A stretch of 41,848 nucleotides of DNA from a virus. Its lineage: Duplodnaviria; Caudoviricetes. The stretch spans positions 1 through 41,848 of the IMG/VR virus record IMGVR_UViG_3300048579_000420, one strand, 5' to 3'. Of the stretch, positions 16,751 through 24,406 are shown in pieces. The position numbers were made by a program, and so were the translations under genes. The notes beneath the pieces were generated by a model. That model did no database searches. It was not told the origin of the DNA and saw only the letters and a list, made by a program, of their open reading frames with translations. Position 1 is the stretch's first letter. Every line of letters begins with the position of its first letter.

Positions 16751-16817
16751 TAGATTAAGTGATAGGTTAAGTGATAGGAAGGATGATAGATTATGTGATA
16801 GGTCAAGGTGTTATATT
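16748..16817 (+). promoter_or_regulatory. Five 12-bp direct repeats plus extended -10 (putative late promoter)
   Basis: TGATAG at 16748, 16760, 16772, 16784, 16796; TG-T-TATATT at 16809-16817. Confidence 0.75.
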
Positions 16818-16880
16818 AGGCATTGTGAGCCGTCGTGCGTAGCGCCGCCCTCACTGGTCCGTCATTCTCCTTCCTCAAAG

Positions 16881-16916
16881 CAAAGGCCCTCGGGAAACCG
16901 GGGGCTTTTGTCTTTT
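16881..16916 (+). terminator. Terminator-like hairpin in the late leader
   Basis: AAAGGCCCTCGG-GAAA-CCGGGGGCTTTT followed by a T-rich tail. Confidence 0.6.
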
Positions 16917-16929
16917 CTCCGAGGTGCCT

Positions 16930-17040
16930 ATGCAGCCGATCGCCTACGACAAGCCCTGCCCCGAGTGCTCTGAGGCCTTCCGGGTGCCACGCCATGCCTG
17001 CGTGCGGTGCAACGGGACGGGGAAGGTGAGGGCGGTATGA
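16930..17040 (+). CDS. 36-aa zinc-ribbon microprotein
   Basis: GAGGTG RBS; CPEC..CVRCNGTG. Confidence 0.55.
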   Translation: MQPIAYDKPCPECSEAFRVPRHACVRCNGTGKVRAV

Positions 17041-17120
17041 GCCTGAAGGATCGCGTCTTGTGGTGCATCGCCTTCGCGGTGGTGTTCCTGTGGCCGCTGC
17101 TACCAGGGGTGACGAGGTGA
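17037..17120 (+). CDS. 27-aa hydrophobic peptide
   Basis: ATGA overlap; MSLKDRVLWCIAFAVVFLWPLLPGVTR. Confidence 0.45.
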   Translation: MSLKDRVLWCIAFAVVFLWPLLPGVTR

Positions 17121-17224
17121 CCTGCGCCGCCTGCGGCCAACTCGGCATCCTCCTGCCGCTGGTCATCAAGCGGAAGCGGGTCCACGTCTGCATGCCCTGC
17201 GTGACGAGCGGGGCGAAGGTCTAG
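17117..17224 (+). CDS. 35-aa zinc-ribbon microprotein
   Basis: GTGA overlap; CAAC..CMPC. Confidence 0.45.
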   Translation: MTCAACGQLGILLPLVIKRKRVHVCMPCVTSGAKV

Positions 17225-17282
17225 TCTCCCCGGTGCATCGCGGGGGACGGGCGGCGGGGGCGGCAACCCTGCGCCGTCATTT

Positions 17283-17355
17283 TGTGGGATGGAGAAGTGG
17301 TCAACTCACCGGGCTCATACCCCGGAGATCGCCCGTTCGAGTCGGGCTCCCGCAA
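17283..17355 (+). tRNA. tRNA-Met(CAT), initiator-like
   Basis: Full cloverleaf: acceptor TGTGGGA/TCCCGCA, A11:U24, anticodon stem CCGGG/CCCGG with CAT at 17316-17318, T arm GCCCG-TTCGAGT-CGGGC; CCA not encoded. Confidence 0.92.
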
Positions 17356-17523
17356 CTGAGTCCGAGAGCCGCTAGACGGTCGGGTAGGACTCCACCGGCC
17401 TCTGTCCGCTCAGCTCCTACTAGCGTGGGAGTAAGGTGGATGGAGGTCTTTGGCGAGCTGGCGCAAGCCCTGGTCATTCTTAATCGGTCGGCCCCCGAAG
17501 CGACGGGGGAGTTATCGCCACAC

Positions 17524-17651
17524 GGCATGGCGGCGTGGTGGGAACACGCGCTACGGAAGCGGCGAACTAGCTTGATGTCGCAACCGACGCTCTCGAAAAG
17601 TCCACCGGGGGCTAGCCCAAAGGACAGCCGGTTCAAATCCGGCCCATGCCA
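17524..17651 (+). ncRNA. tRNA-like RNA with a 76-nt structured insert replacing the anticodon and variable arms
   Basis: Acceptor GGCATGG/CCATGCC+A, D stem GCGT/ACGC, T arm GCCGG-TTCAAAT-CCGGC. Confidence 0.7.
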
Positions 17652-17686
17652 CTGTCACGATACGCAGCAACGAAAGAGGTAACGCA

Positions 17687-17962
17687 ATGAACAACGAAAT
17701 CACCCAGCCCTTCCGGGTCTCGGCCAAGTCCAGCCCCGCCTCCCTGGCAGGAGCCATCACCGGCGTGATTCGGGAGACCGGACGCTGCGAGGTGCAGGCC
17801 ATCGGAGCGGGGGCAGTGAATCAGGCAGTCAAGGCCATCGCAATCGCTCGGGGCTATGTGGCTCCGGCAGGGATGGACCTGGTCATCACTCCCGGCTTCC
17901 TGGACGTGGAGGTAGGGGGCGAGGAGCGGACGGCGATCCGGTTTGTCATCGAGCCTCGGTAG
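17687..17962 (+). CDS. spoVS: Stage V sporulation protein S family protein
   Basis: VSAKSSP.S.AGAI..QAIGAGAVNQAVKAIAIARG..P.G..P.F..ERTAI signature. Confidence 0.95.
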   Translation: MNNEITQPFRVSAKSSPASLAGAITGVIRETGRCEVQAIGAGAVNQAVKAIAIARGYVAPAGMDLVITPGFLDVEVGGEERTAIRFVIEPR

Positions 17963-18047
17963 GACACAGATAGCCCCGGGTGCTCCGGGGTGTACCGCGC
18001 CTGCCCTCGACAAGCAGGCGCGGGAGCACACTGGGGAGTGTGCGATG

Positions 18048-18073
18048 AGGGCCGTCCGAGTGGCGGCCCTTTT
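18048..18073 (+). terminator. Intrinsic terminator-like hairpin
   Basis: AGGGCCGTC-CGAGT-GGCGGCCCT followed by TTT. Confidence 0.55.
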
Positions 18074-18106
18074 ACTTTGCTCTCCGCCTGGACGTGCAGG
18101 CAGGGG

Positions 18107-18160
18107 GCCGGGCGATGCCCTGGGATGGGGGATGGGCGGGTTCGAGTCCCGCGCCCGGTT
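18107..18160 (+). ncRNA. Minimal tRNA-like element (acceptor plus T arm, no anticodon arm)
   Basis: GCCGGGC/GCCCGGT stem stacked on GCGGG-TTCGAGT-CCCGC; only 22 nt between them. Confidence 0.6.
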
Positions 18161-18176
18161 ATTTTGGGGGTGAGTG

Positions 18177-18365
18177 ATGGACAGCGAGCAGATTCAAGCG
18201 ATCGCGACCAGGACTCCGTATCGGTACGAGTGGGTAGCCGAGGCGGCGCAATACCTGGAGGCTGTCAATCCCAGCATCACCCCCGAAGAGGTCGAGGCCT
18301 TGGCGCCGATCGCTCGTAGGGTCTGGGAGATGGCAGGGCGGCCGCCGATGTTGGGTGCTCGGTAG
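18177..18365 (+). CDS. Hypothetical protein
   Basis: Fills gap before the metallopeptidase gene. Confidence 0.55.
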   Translation: MDSEQIQAIATRTPYRYEWVAEAAQYLEAVNPSITPEEVEALAPIARRVWEMAGRPPMLGAR

Positions 18366-18389
18366 GGCGGTAGGTGAGGGGGGTGGGGG

Positions 18390-18779
18390 ATGGCGATGTG
18401 GGAGATATCGCACGAGCTTGAGCAGCTTGCCAAGAAGGTCATTGCCAAGCGCCCCGAGGTCGCCCACGTCGAGCCGTCGTCCGTCCTATTCATCAAGGAG
18501 CTTGAAACCCGGCCAAAGGCTATCGCGCGGTGCTACCGCCTGGCTGATCACCCCATCGGCCTCTTCACAGCAAAGCCATGGGCGGTCGTCTTCTACTGGT
18601 CGAACTGCGACTACATGAGCGAGGCCCAGCTCGCCCTCCTGATGATGCACGAGCTGATGCACATCCCGCCGCGCGGCAACAAGCTGGTCGATCACGACGT
18701 TAAAGACTTCCGGGCGGTGCTCGGCTTCGACCTGGATTGGGCCCAGCCCGGTAGCGAGGTGCCAGACATCCTAGAGTGA
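18390..18779 (+). CDS. Putative phage metallopeptidase
   Basis: HELMH motif followed by HDV..F; typical position before terminase. Confidence 0.8.
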   Translation: MAMWEISHELEQLAKKVIAKRPEVAHVEPSSVLFIKELETRPKAIARCYRLADHPIGLFTAKPWAVVFYWSNCDYMSEAQLALLMMHELMHIPPRGNKLVDHDVKDFRAVLGFDLDWAQPGSEVPDILE

Positions 18780-18786
18780 GGCGGCC

Positions 18787-19164
18787 ATGGGTGAACAAAA
18801 GCGAACAAATTACAGCCCTACGCCGACCGAAAAAAAACTGCTGGAAGCCTTGCTAGACCCGGATAACCGCCTCAAGACCGTCACCGAGATCTGTCAGATC
18901 GCAAAGTGCAGCCGGACCACCTACTACCAGGCCTTCGATAAAGAGGAGTTCGTCGCCCACTACACCAAGCTCGCCAAGGATCTGAGCCGCAAGCACATTG
19001 CTCAGGTGATGAACGCCTTTGTGCGCGAGGCGGTGCGAGGCTCCTTCCAGCACGGCAAGGTGCTCCTTGAGATGGCGGGCCTAATCGTGGATGAGGATCA
19101 GCCCGACCCGAACGCCGACGCCCGCACCGTCAAGATCGAGATGCCGCCCGGGAGGTCGCTCTGA
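18787..19164 (+). CDS. Terminase small subunit-like HTH protein (phBC6A51-like)
   Basis: TVTEICQIAKCSRTTYY HTH; coupled to terminase large subunit. Confidence 0.75.
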   Translation: MGEQKRTNYSPTPTEKKLLEALLDPDNRLKTVTEICQIAKCSRTTYYQAFDKEEFVAHYTKLAKDLSRKHIAQVMNAFVREAVRGSFQHGKVLLEMAGLIVDEDQPDPNADARTVKIEMPPGRSL

Positions 19165-20657
19165 TGGCTGTCGAACTCAACATCAACTACGGCGAGTGGG
19201 TGCCGGACCCGACGAAGCCCGGGGCGATGATCTGGACCGGCTACTTCCTGCCCAAGCAGCATGACTTTCTCTGGACGCCCGACGACGGCCGCCCGATGGA
19301 TATCGCGTGCTACCTGGGAGGCGTCGGGTCCGGCAAGACCTTCTCCAGCGCGCGCAAGGGTTTCCTCATCGCCCAGAACTACCCCGGCTCGGTCGGGCTG
19401 GTAGGGGCCGAGGATTACCCGCTCGTTCGGGACACGACCCTTGAAGGCCCTGGCGGCTGGCTGGACTTCATGGAGGGGGAGCTGGAGATGCGGGAGGGGG
19501 TGCATTTCACCCTCAACCGCACGGAGCATAAGCTGGTCTTCCCGAATAGCTCAGTAGTCCTCTTCCGGGGGCTCCGGCAAGCCAAGAAGATCAAGTCCCT
19601 CAACCTGACGTGGGCACACGTCGAGGAGGCGTCGGATATCGGGCTGGATGCCTTCCTGATGCTCCTGGGGCGTCTCCGCCAGGCGGCTCCCCCGGGATGG
19701 AAAGGCGTCTGGAGAAAGTTCCTCTTCCTGTCGACCAACCCCGAGGAGTCGCCGGGCTGGATCGATGACATCTTCGTCGAGCAGGAGGACAACCCCGACT
19801 GGACGGACAAGGTGCGCGAGCAGATGGCGAAGATTCGCCAGTACATCCGCCTCATCCACGCACCGACGACCGAGAACACTCGCCTGCCGGAGGGCTACGT
19901 CGAGTCGATGATCGCCCTCGGCGACGAGGACTGGGTAGATACCTACGTGCTCGGGAAGACGGGGGCGAAGGGGAAGGGGAGGGTCTACAAGCCGTTTTCC
20001 CGTGAGGTCCACGTAGACAAGAAAGGGGAGCGCTGCTTCTACCGACCCGAGCTGCCGCTTTGTCTGTCGCTGGACTTCAACGTCAACCCCATGACCGGGG
20101 GCATCCACCAGATCCTCCCGGACAAGACCATGATCTCGCTGGATGAGATCAGTATTCCGCACTCGGGGACCGAGCAGCTTTGCCAGGAGTTCTTGAGGCG
20201 CTACGGCCCCGAGGGAGCCACCCCCCACAAGGGGCGCTTGCAGGTCTACGGCGATGCCGCGGGCAATTCGCGGTCCACCAAGACCAGCGAATCGGATTAT
20301 GACATCGTGCGCCGCGAGCTACGCCCCGCCTTCAAGGCGGGGTTTTCGCTTAGGGTGCCTGATGCCAACGGGGCGGTAAAGGACCGCGTGAACGCCGTCA
20401 ACGCCAAGCTCCGGAACGGCAAGGGCGAGGTGGGGTGGTACATCCACCCCCGTTGCCGGACGCTGATCAAAGACCTGGACAACGTGAAGTGGAAGCCGGG
20501 AACCACGGACATCGACAAGAAGGCCGATCCGAAACTCACTCACATGAGCGACAACGCGGGCTACTTGGTGGTCTGGGAGTTCCCGATGAAGGTCCAAACC
20601 CCGATGGCCTACGGCTCAACCGGCGTCCAGCGCCAGGCCCAGAACATGAGGATGTGA
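19164..20657 (+). CDS. terL: Terminase large subunit
   Basis: Walker A GGVGSGKT, Walker B HVEEA, STNP, nuclease LDFNVNPM and YGDAAG, H..D...Y. Confidence 0.95.
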   Translation: MAVELNINYGEWVPDPTKPGAMIWTGYFLPKQHDFLWTPDDGRPMDIACYLGGVGSGKTFSSARKGFLIAQNYPGSVGLVGAEDYPLVRDTTLEGPGGWLDFMEGELEMREGVHFTLNRTEHKLVFPNSSVVLFRGLRQAKKIKSLNLTWAHVEEASDIGLDAFLMLLGRLRQAAPPGWKGVWRKFLFLSTNPEESPGWIDDIFVEQEDNPDWTDKVREQMAKIRQYIRLIHAPTTENTRLPEGYVESMIALGDEDWVDTYVLGKTGAKGKGRVYKPFSREVHVDKKGERCFYRPELPLCLSLDFNVNPMTGGIHQILPDKTMISLDEISIPHSGTEQLCQEFLRRYGPEGATPHKGRLQVYGDAAGNSRSTKTSESDYDIVRRELRPAFKAGFSLRVPDANGAVKDRVNAVNAKLRNGKGEVGWYIHPRCRTLIKDLDNVKWKPGTTDIDKKADPKLTHMSDNAGYLVVWEFPMKVQTPMAYGSTGVQRQAQNMRM

Positions 20658-20659
20658 CC

Positions 20660-22837
20660 ATGGCAGCAAAGCCCCCTATCGGCTTCACGGTGGACCGCGA
20701 GGCCCGCACGGTGACGGCCGAGATCCGGTATGACCGGCAATACGGCAGCAACGTGCCCACCAACGGACTGATCGCGCCGGAGGATACCCTCAGCGTCGGC
20801 ACGTACAAGCAGATGATGCGCGACGAGACAATCCGTCAAAACCACGAGTTCATCGCGTTCTCGGTCCTGAGCCGGATCGGTGAGTACCACCACGACGATA
20901 AGCGGGTCAAGGAGTTCGTCCTCAAGAACTTCGAGGACATGCGGGGCTCCATCTACGACGCCTTCCGAGAGCAGCTCCAAGGCATCCCTTACGGCTACTC
21001 GATTGGCGAGCCCGTGTATCGCCTCGACGGCCGCGCCACGATGTTGACCAAGGTGGACTACTACGACCCCGAAGGCATCGAGTTCCGGGTCATCACGAAG
21101 AAGGAGGCGGAGGAGGGGTTGGGGCTGTCCGGCGACCTGCACCCGGAGTTCGGAATCAAGCAGCAGGGGAATGGCTCGACCAACTACATCCCGCCCGCTA
21201 AGGCCCTCGTCTACGTCCCGGACAAGCGCTGGGGGAACTGGTACGGTAACCCGACCTTACGGGGCGCTTACAAGTGGTGGAGTTTCACTGAGAACGTGCC
21301 GAAGTGGTACGCCATCTCGCTTGAGCGGTACTCCATCCCCATCCTCAAGGCCACGGTGAGCAAGGAGCTTTACGACCAGACGATTACGGTCGGCGGAGTG
21401 ACCTACGGACCGAGCGAGGAGCGCACGATCCTTGAGCTGGCCGTAAAGATCTTGGACGACATCTACGGCGGTCGCTCGGTGGCGGTCCCGGTGGGGATGG
21501 AGATCGATCAGATCACCTCCAACGCCCAGATATCTGCGGACTTCCGGGGGGCGATCGACTTCGCCAACAAGAATAAGAACCGTGCGCAGCTCGTCCCCGA
21601 TCTCCTGGCCAGCCAGGGGCAGGGCACGGGCACTTACGCCATGGCCAATGCTCACCAAGACTTCTACTTTCAGCTCATCGACTGGCGGGTTACGCAGGTC
21701 ACGGAGCTGATGCTGGACGGCCCGGTGCGCTTCCTGATCGAAACCAACTTCGGCCAGCTCGGGGACTGGGGCGTCTTCCAGCGCCGCAAGCCCGGTCAGA
21801 AGCAGGTCGAGGTCGAGGCCAGTGTGGTCGAGATGTTGACCGACAAGGGCTACCTCGATCCTGCGGTGCATGGGGAGTTGGTTCGTCAACGCCTGGAGTT
21901 CGAGGAGGCCACCGCCAAGCCGGACTCCAAGCCCGAGCCGGTCTTACCTCGTGCGCGCCAGGAGGAGCCGGAGGACGAGGATACCGACGAGGACGAACGC
22001 GAGACGCCGAAGCTCGCCGACGACGATGCGGGTGACGACCTACCGGAAGAGGTCAAGCCTCTCCTCAAGCTCCACAAGACGCTTGAGGAGAAGGCCGTGG
22101 CTGACTTCATGACCATCACCCGCAAGCAGGCGGAGGCGCTGGTGAGGCTGGCGGCCCGGATCAACCCTGGAGACATCCCGGATCTCCAGATGCCGAATGC
22201 CCGGGAGTTCCGGCGGGCCTGGGTGGATCACCTGTTGGAGGTCTATCGGGCCTTCCGCAGGCAGGGGATCGCCTCGCTGCCGGCCAAGGAGCGCCCCCCG
22301 GTGACGGAGGTTGCTCGCCCCTTGGCGGAGACCCTCAAGCGGAAGGGCTACGTCATCGCGGATGGCATCTCGGACGACCTGAAGCAGATGGCCAAGGAGA
22401 CGCTCCTGCGGGGCTTCGAGCAGGGCAAGTCGACGGCCGAGATGGTCTTTGACCTGCAACAAGGCTTCAAGCCCTACACCGACCGCCCAGACGTGCAGGA
22501 GGCTGGATTCCAGCAGGCCTCACGCCTTACCGAGCGGGTACGCACCGCCTTCACGGACGTGGCGAACGATGCTCGGCTAGACGTGAGCAAGGAGGCGTCC
22601 AACGTCGTCGCCTACCGCTACCGGACGATCGATGACAACCGGCGTTCCAGGATCTGCGCGGGGCTCAGCGGGATGGTGGTGGCGGTGGACGACCCGATCG
22701 TCAAGACCATCAAGCCGCCGAATCATCACAACTGCCGGTCGATGCTGACCTACGTCCTTCGGGGCGAGGAGTTCGAGTTGACGCCGCGGGATCAGGTACT
22801 ACGGGCGGCCGCGCGCATCCCGGATGCATTCAGGTAA
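20660..22837 (+). CDS. Portal protein (Mu gp29/DUF935-like) fused to a MuF-like minor head domain
   Basis: Follows terL; GNWYGNP.LR.AY..W..LERY..P; C-terminal DNRRSRIC..PPNHHNCRS. Confidence 0.85.
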   Translation: MAAKPPIGFTVDREARTVTAEIRYDRQYGSNVPTNGLIAPEDTLSVGTYKQMMRDETIRQNHEFIAFSVLSRIGEYHHDDKRVKEFVLKNFEDMRGSIYDAFREQLQGIPYGYSIGEPVYRLDGRATMLTKVDYYDPEGIEFRVITKKEAEEGLGLSGDLHPEFGIKQQGNGSTNYIPPAKALVYVPDKRWGNWYGNPTLRGAYKWWSFTENVPKWYAISLERYSIPILKATVSKELYDQTITVGGVTYGPSEERTILELAVKILDDIYGGRSVAVPVGMEIDQITSNAQISADFRGAIDFANKNKNRAQLVPDLLASQGQGTGTYAMANAHQDFYFQLIDWRVTQVTELMLDGPVRFLIETNFGQLGDWGVFQRRKPGQKQVEVEASVVEMLTDKGYLDPAVHGELVRQRLEFEEATAKPDSKPEPVLPRARQEEPEDEDTDEDERETPKLADDDAGDDLPEEVKPLLKLHKTLEEKAVADFMTITRKQAEALVRLAARINPGDIPDLQMPNAREFRRAWVDHLLEVYRAFRRQGIASLPAKERPPVTEVARPLAETLKRKGYVIADGISDDLKQMAKETLLRGFEQGKSTAEMVFDLQQGFKPYTDRPDVQEAGFQQASRLTERVRTAFTDVANDARLDVSKEASNVVAYRYRTIDDNRRSRICAGLSGMVVAVDDPIVKTIKPPNHHNCRSMLTYVLRGEEFELTPRDQVLRAAARIPDAFR

Positions 22838-22846
22838 GGAGGTGCC

Positions 22847-23863
22847 ATGCTCAAGATCCCAGTGCACAAGCTGGGGCGGTGGGTCCATCCCAAGTACGGG
22901 GTGATCGAGGGGACGCAAAAACTCTTCGACGAGATGATCCAGAACTTCCGGAACGGGGTGCTGGGGCGCGAACCCTACGCCGAGTTCGGTCACAGCGAGA
23001 AGGCGAGTCAGGCCGTCGCACAGGCCTGGGTGAAGGACTTCGTCCAGGAGGGCGGCATCCTGTACGCCCTGGCCGAGCCCACTGACCCCGCCGTCGAAAG
23101 CCTCATCCGCTCCAAGAAGATCCGCTACAGCTCACCCGAGTACGAGCCCAACTTCACCAACCGGGAGACCGGCAAGAAGGTAGGGGCGGTGCTCAAGGCC
23201 GTGGGGCTGCTCAACAACCCCTTCCTCACGAAGCTGGGGGAGGTCGTCGCACTATCCGAGGACGAGGAGGTTACCTTCGTCCTTGATGCAGGGGAGGAAC
23301 CTAAGCGTATGGAAATCAAAGACCTTGTGGCCGGCATCCAGACCGGCCTCTCGGGGCTGTTTCAGAAGCAGACCGAAGACCTCAAGGGCATGCTAGGCAC
23401 CCAGCAGCAACCCGCCGCTGTCAAGCTCTCGGAAGAGGATCAGAGGACCCTTGACGAGGCCAAGGCCATCAAGGCCCGGGAGCTGAAGCTCTCCGAGCAA
23501 GAGAAGCAGTTCGCTCAGCGGGAGCGCAAGCTCGCGGTGGACGAGATGCTTGAAAAGCACGCGAAGGCCGGTATCCCTAAGGCCGTCCTGGACGCCGCCG
23601 AGCCCATCTTGCTCTCCGACCTGAAGGCCGATCAGACGGTCCAGCTCTCGGACGAGAAGGGCAACCCGACCACCAAGATCTCCCTCTCGGACGCCCTGGA
23701 AAAGGTCTTTGAGGCCTTCCCCGCGGCGGCCCGCGTGGAGCACGGCAAGTCCCACGGCACCCACCAGCCCCCCAAGAAGGACGCCGAGAGCACGCAGCTT
23801 TCGGACGACGAGGCGCGCGCCGAGGCCGATCGCATCCTCGGCAAGTCGAAGAAGGAGGCGTAA
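22847..23863 (+). CDS. Mu I-like prohead protease/scaffold
   Basis: GH..A.AW..RYSSPEY..G.VL..VGL.N.PF; helical C-terminal half; possible internal start at 23309. Confidence 0.85.
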   Translation: MLKIPVHKLGRWVHPKYGVIEGTQKLFDEMIQNFRNGVLGREPYAEFGHSEKASQAVAQAWVKDFVQEGGILYALAEPTDPAVESLIRSKKIRYSSPEYEPNFTNRETGKKVGAVLKAVGLLNNPFLTKLGEVVALSEDEEVTFVLDAGEEPKRMEIKDLVAGIQTGLSGLFQKQTEDLKGMLGTQQQPAAVKLSEEDQRTLDEAKAIKARELKLSEQEKQFAQRERKLAVDEMLEKHAKAGIPKAVLDAAEPILLSDLKADQTVQLSDEKGNPTTKISLSDALEKVFEAFPAAARVEHGKSHGTHQPPKKDAESTQLSDDEARAEADRILGKSKKEA

Positions 23864-23866
23864 GCC

Positions 23867-24397
23867 ATGCCCATCACCCCCAAGTTCAGCTCGCAGACGA
23901 GCACTCCCACCAACATCCACGTCAACCAGCACGGCATGGAGGCCATCTTCGGCGCCACCTTCCTGACCGGCCAAGGCGTGCTCCCCAAGGGCCAGGTAAT
24001 CGGCAAGATCACCGCCAGCGGCAAGTACGGCAAGTTCAAGAACACGACCGTCGCCGAGAATGCCTTGGAGGCCGCAACCACCGTGACGCTCACCGATGCC
24101 TCGGGCTTCCAGGTGGGCGACTCCATCGTCATCGGCACCGAGGCCGCCAAGGTGATCAGCAACATCAACGGCAACGTTGTCACCGTCACCGCCCTCGCCG
24201 CCAACCAGAACGCGGGCGTGGCGGCCAAGGCCAACAACGGGCTCGAGAAGGCGGTCGGCATCCTCGCGGATGACGTGGACACCACCCAGGGCGATGCCCT
24301 CGGCCAATACTACGTCCACGGCTTCTTCATCGCCTCGGCGATCAAGAACCTCAACGCCGCCGCGAGGACCGATCTGCCCCTCGCTGCTTTCCTGTAA
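23867..24397 (+). CDS. Head decoration protein
   Basis: L.KGQVIGKITASGKY..AVGILADDVD..G.F; precedes capsid gene. Confidence 0.8.
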   Translation: MPITPKFSSQTSTPTNIHVNQHGMEAIFGATFLTGQGVLPKGQVIGKITASGKYGKFKNTTVAENALEAATTVTLTDASGFQVGDSIVIGTEAAKVISNINGNVVTVTALAANQNAGVAAKANNGLEKAVGILADDVDTTQGDALGQYYVHGFFIASAIKNLNAAARTDLPLAAFL

Positions 24398-24406
24398 GGA
24401 GGAACC

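Noticed and set aside
16748-16807. 12-bp repeats as a mini-CRISPR or replication iterons
   Set aside because: Units abut with no spacers; the position before an extended -10 fits an activator array better
17524-17651. tmRNA or intron-containing tRNA
   Set aside because: Has a D stem, no G3:U70 pair and no tag ORF; insert too small for a group I/II intron
17233-17682. 149-aa ORF across the tRNA region
   Set aside because: Overlaps a clear tRNA and a tRNA-like structure; no protein-like features
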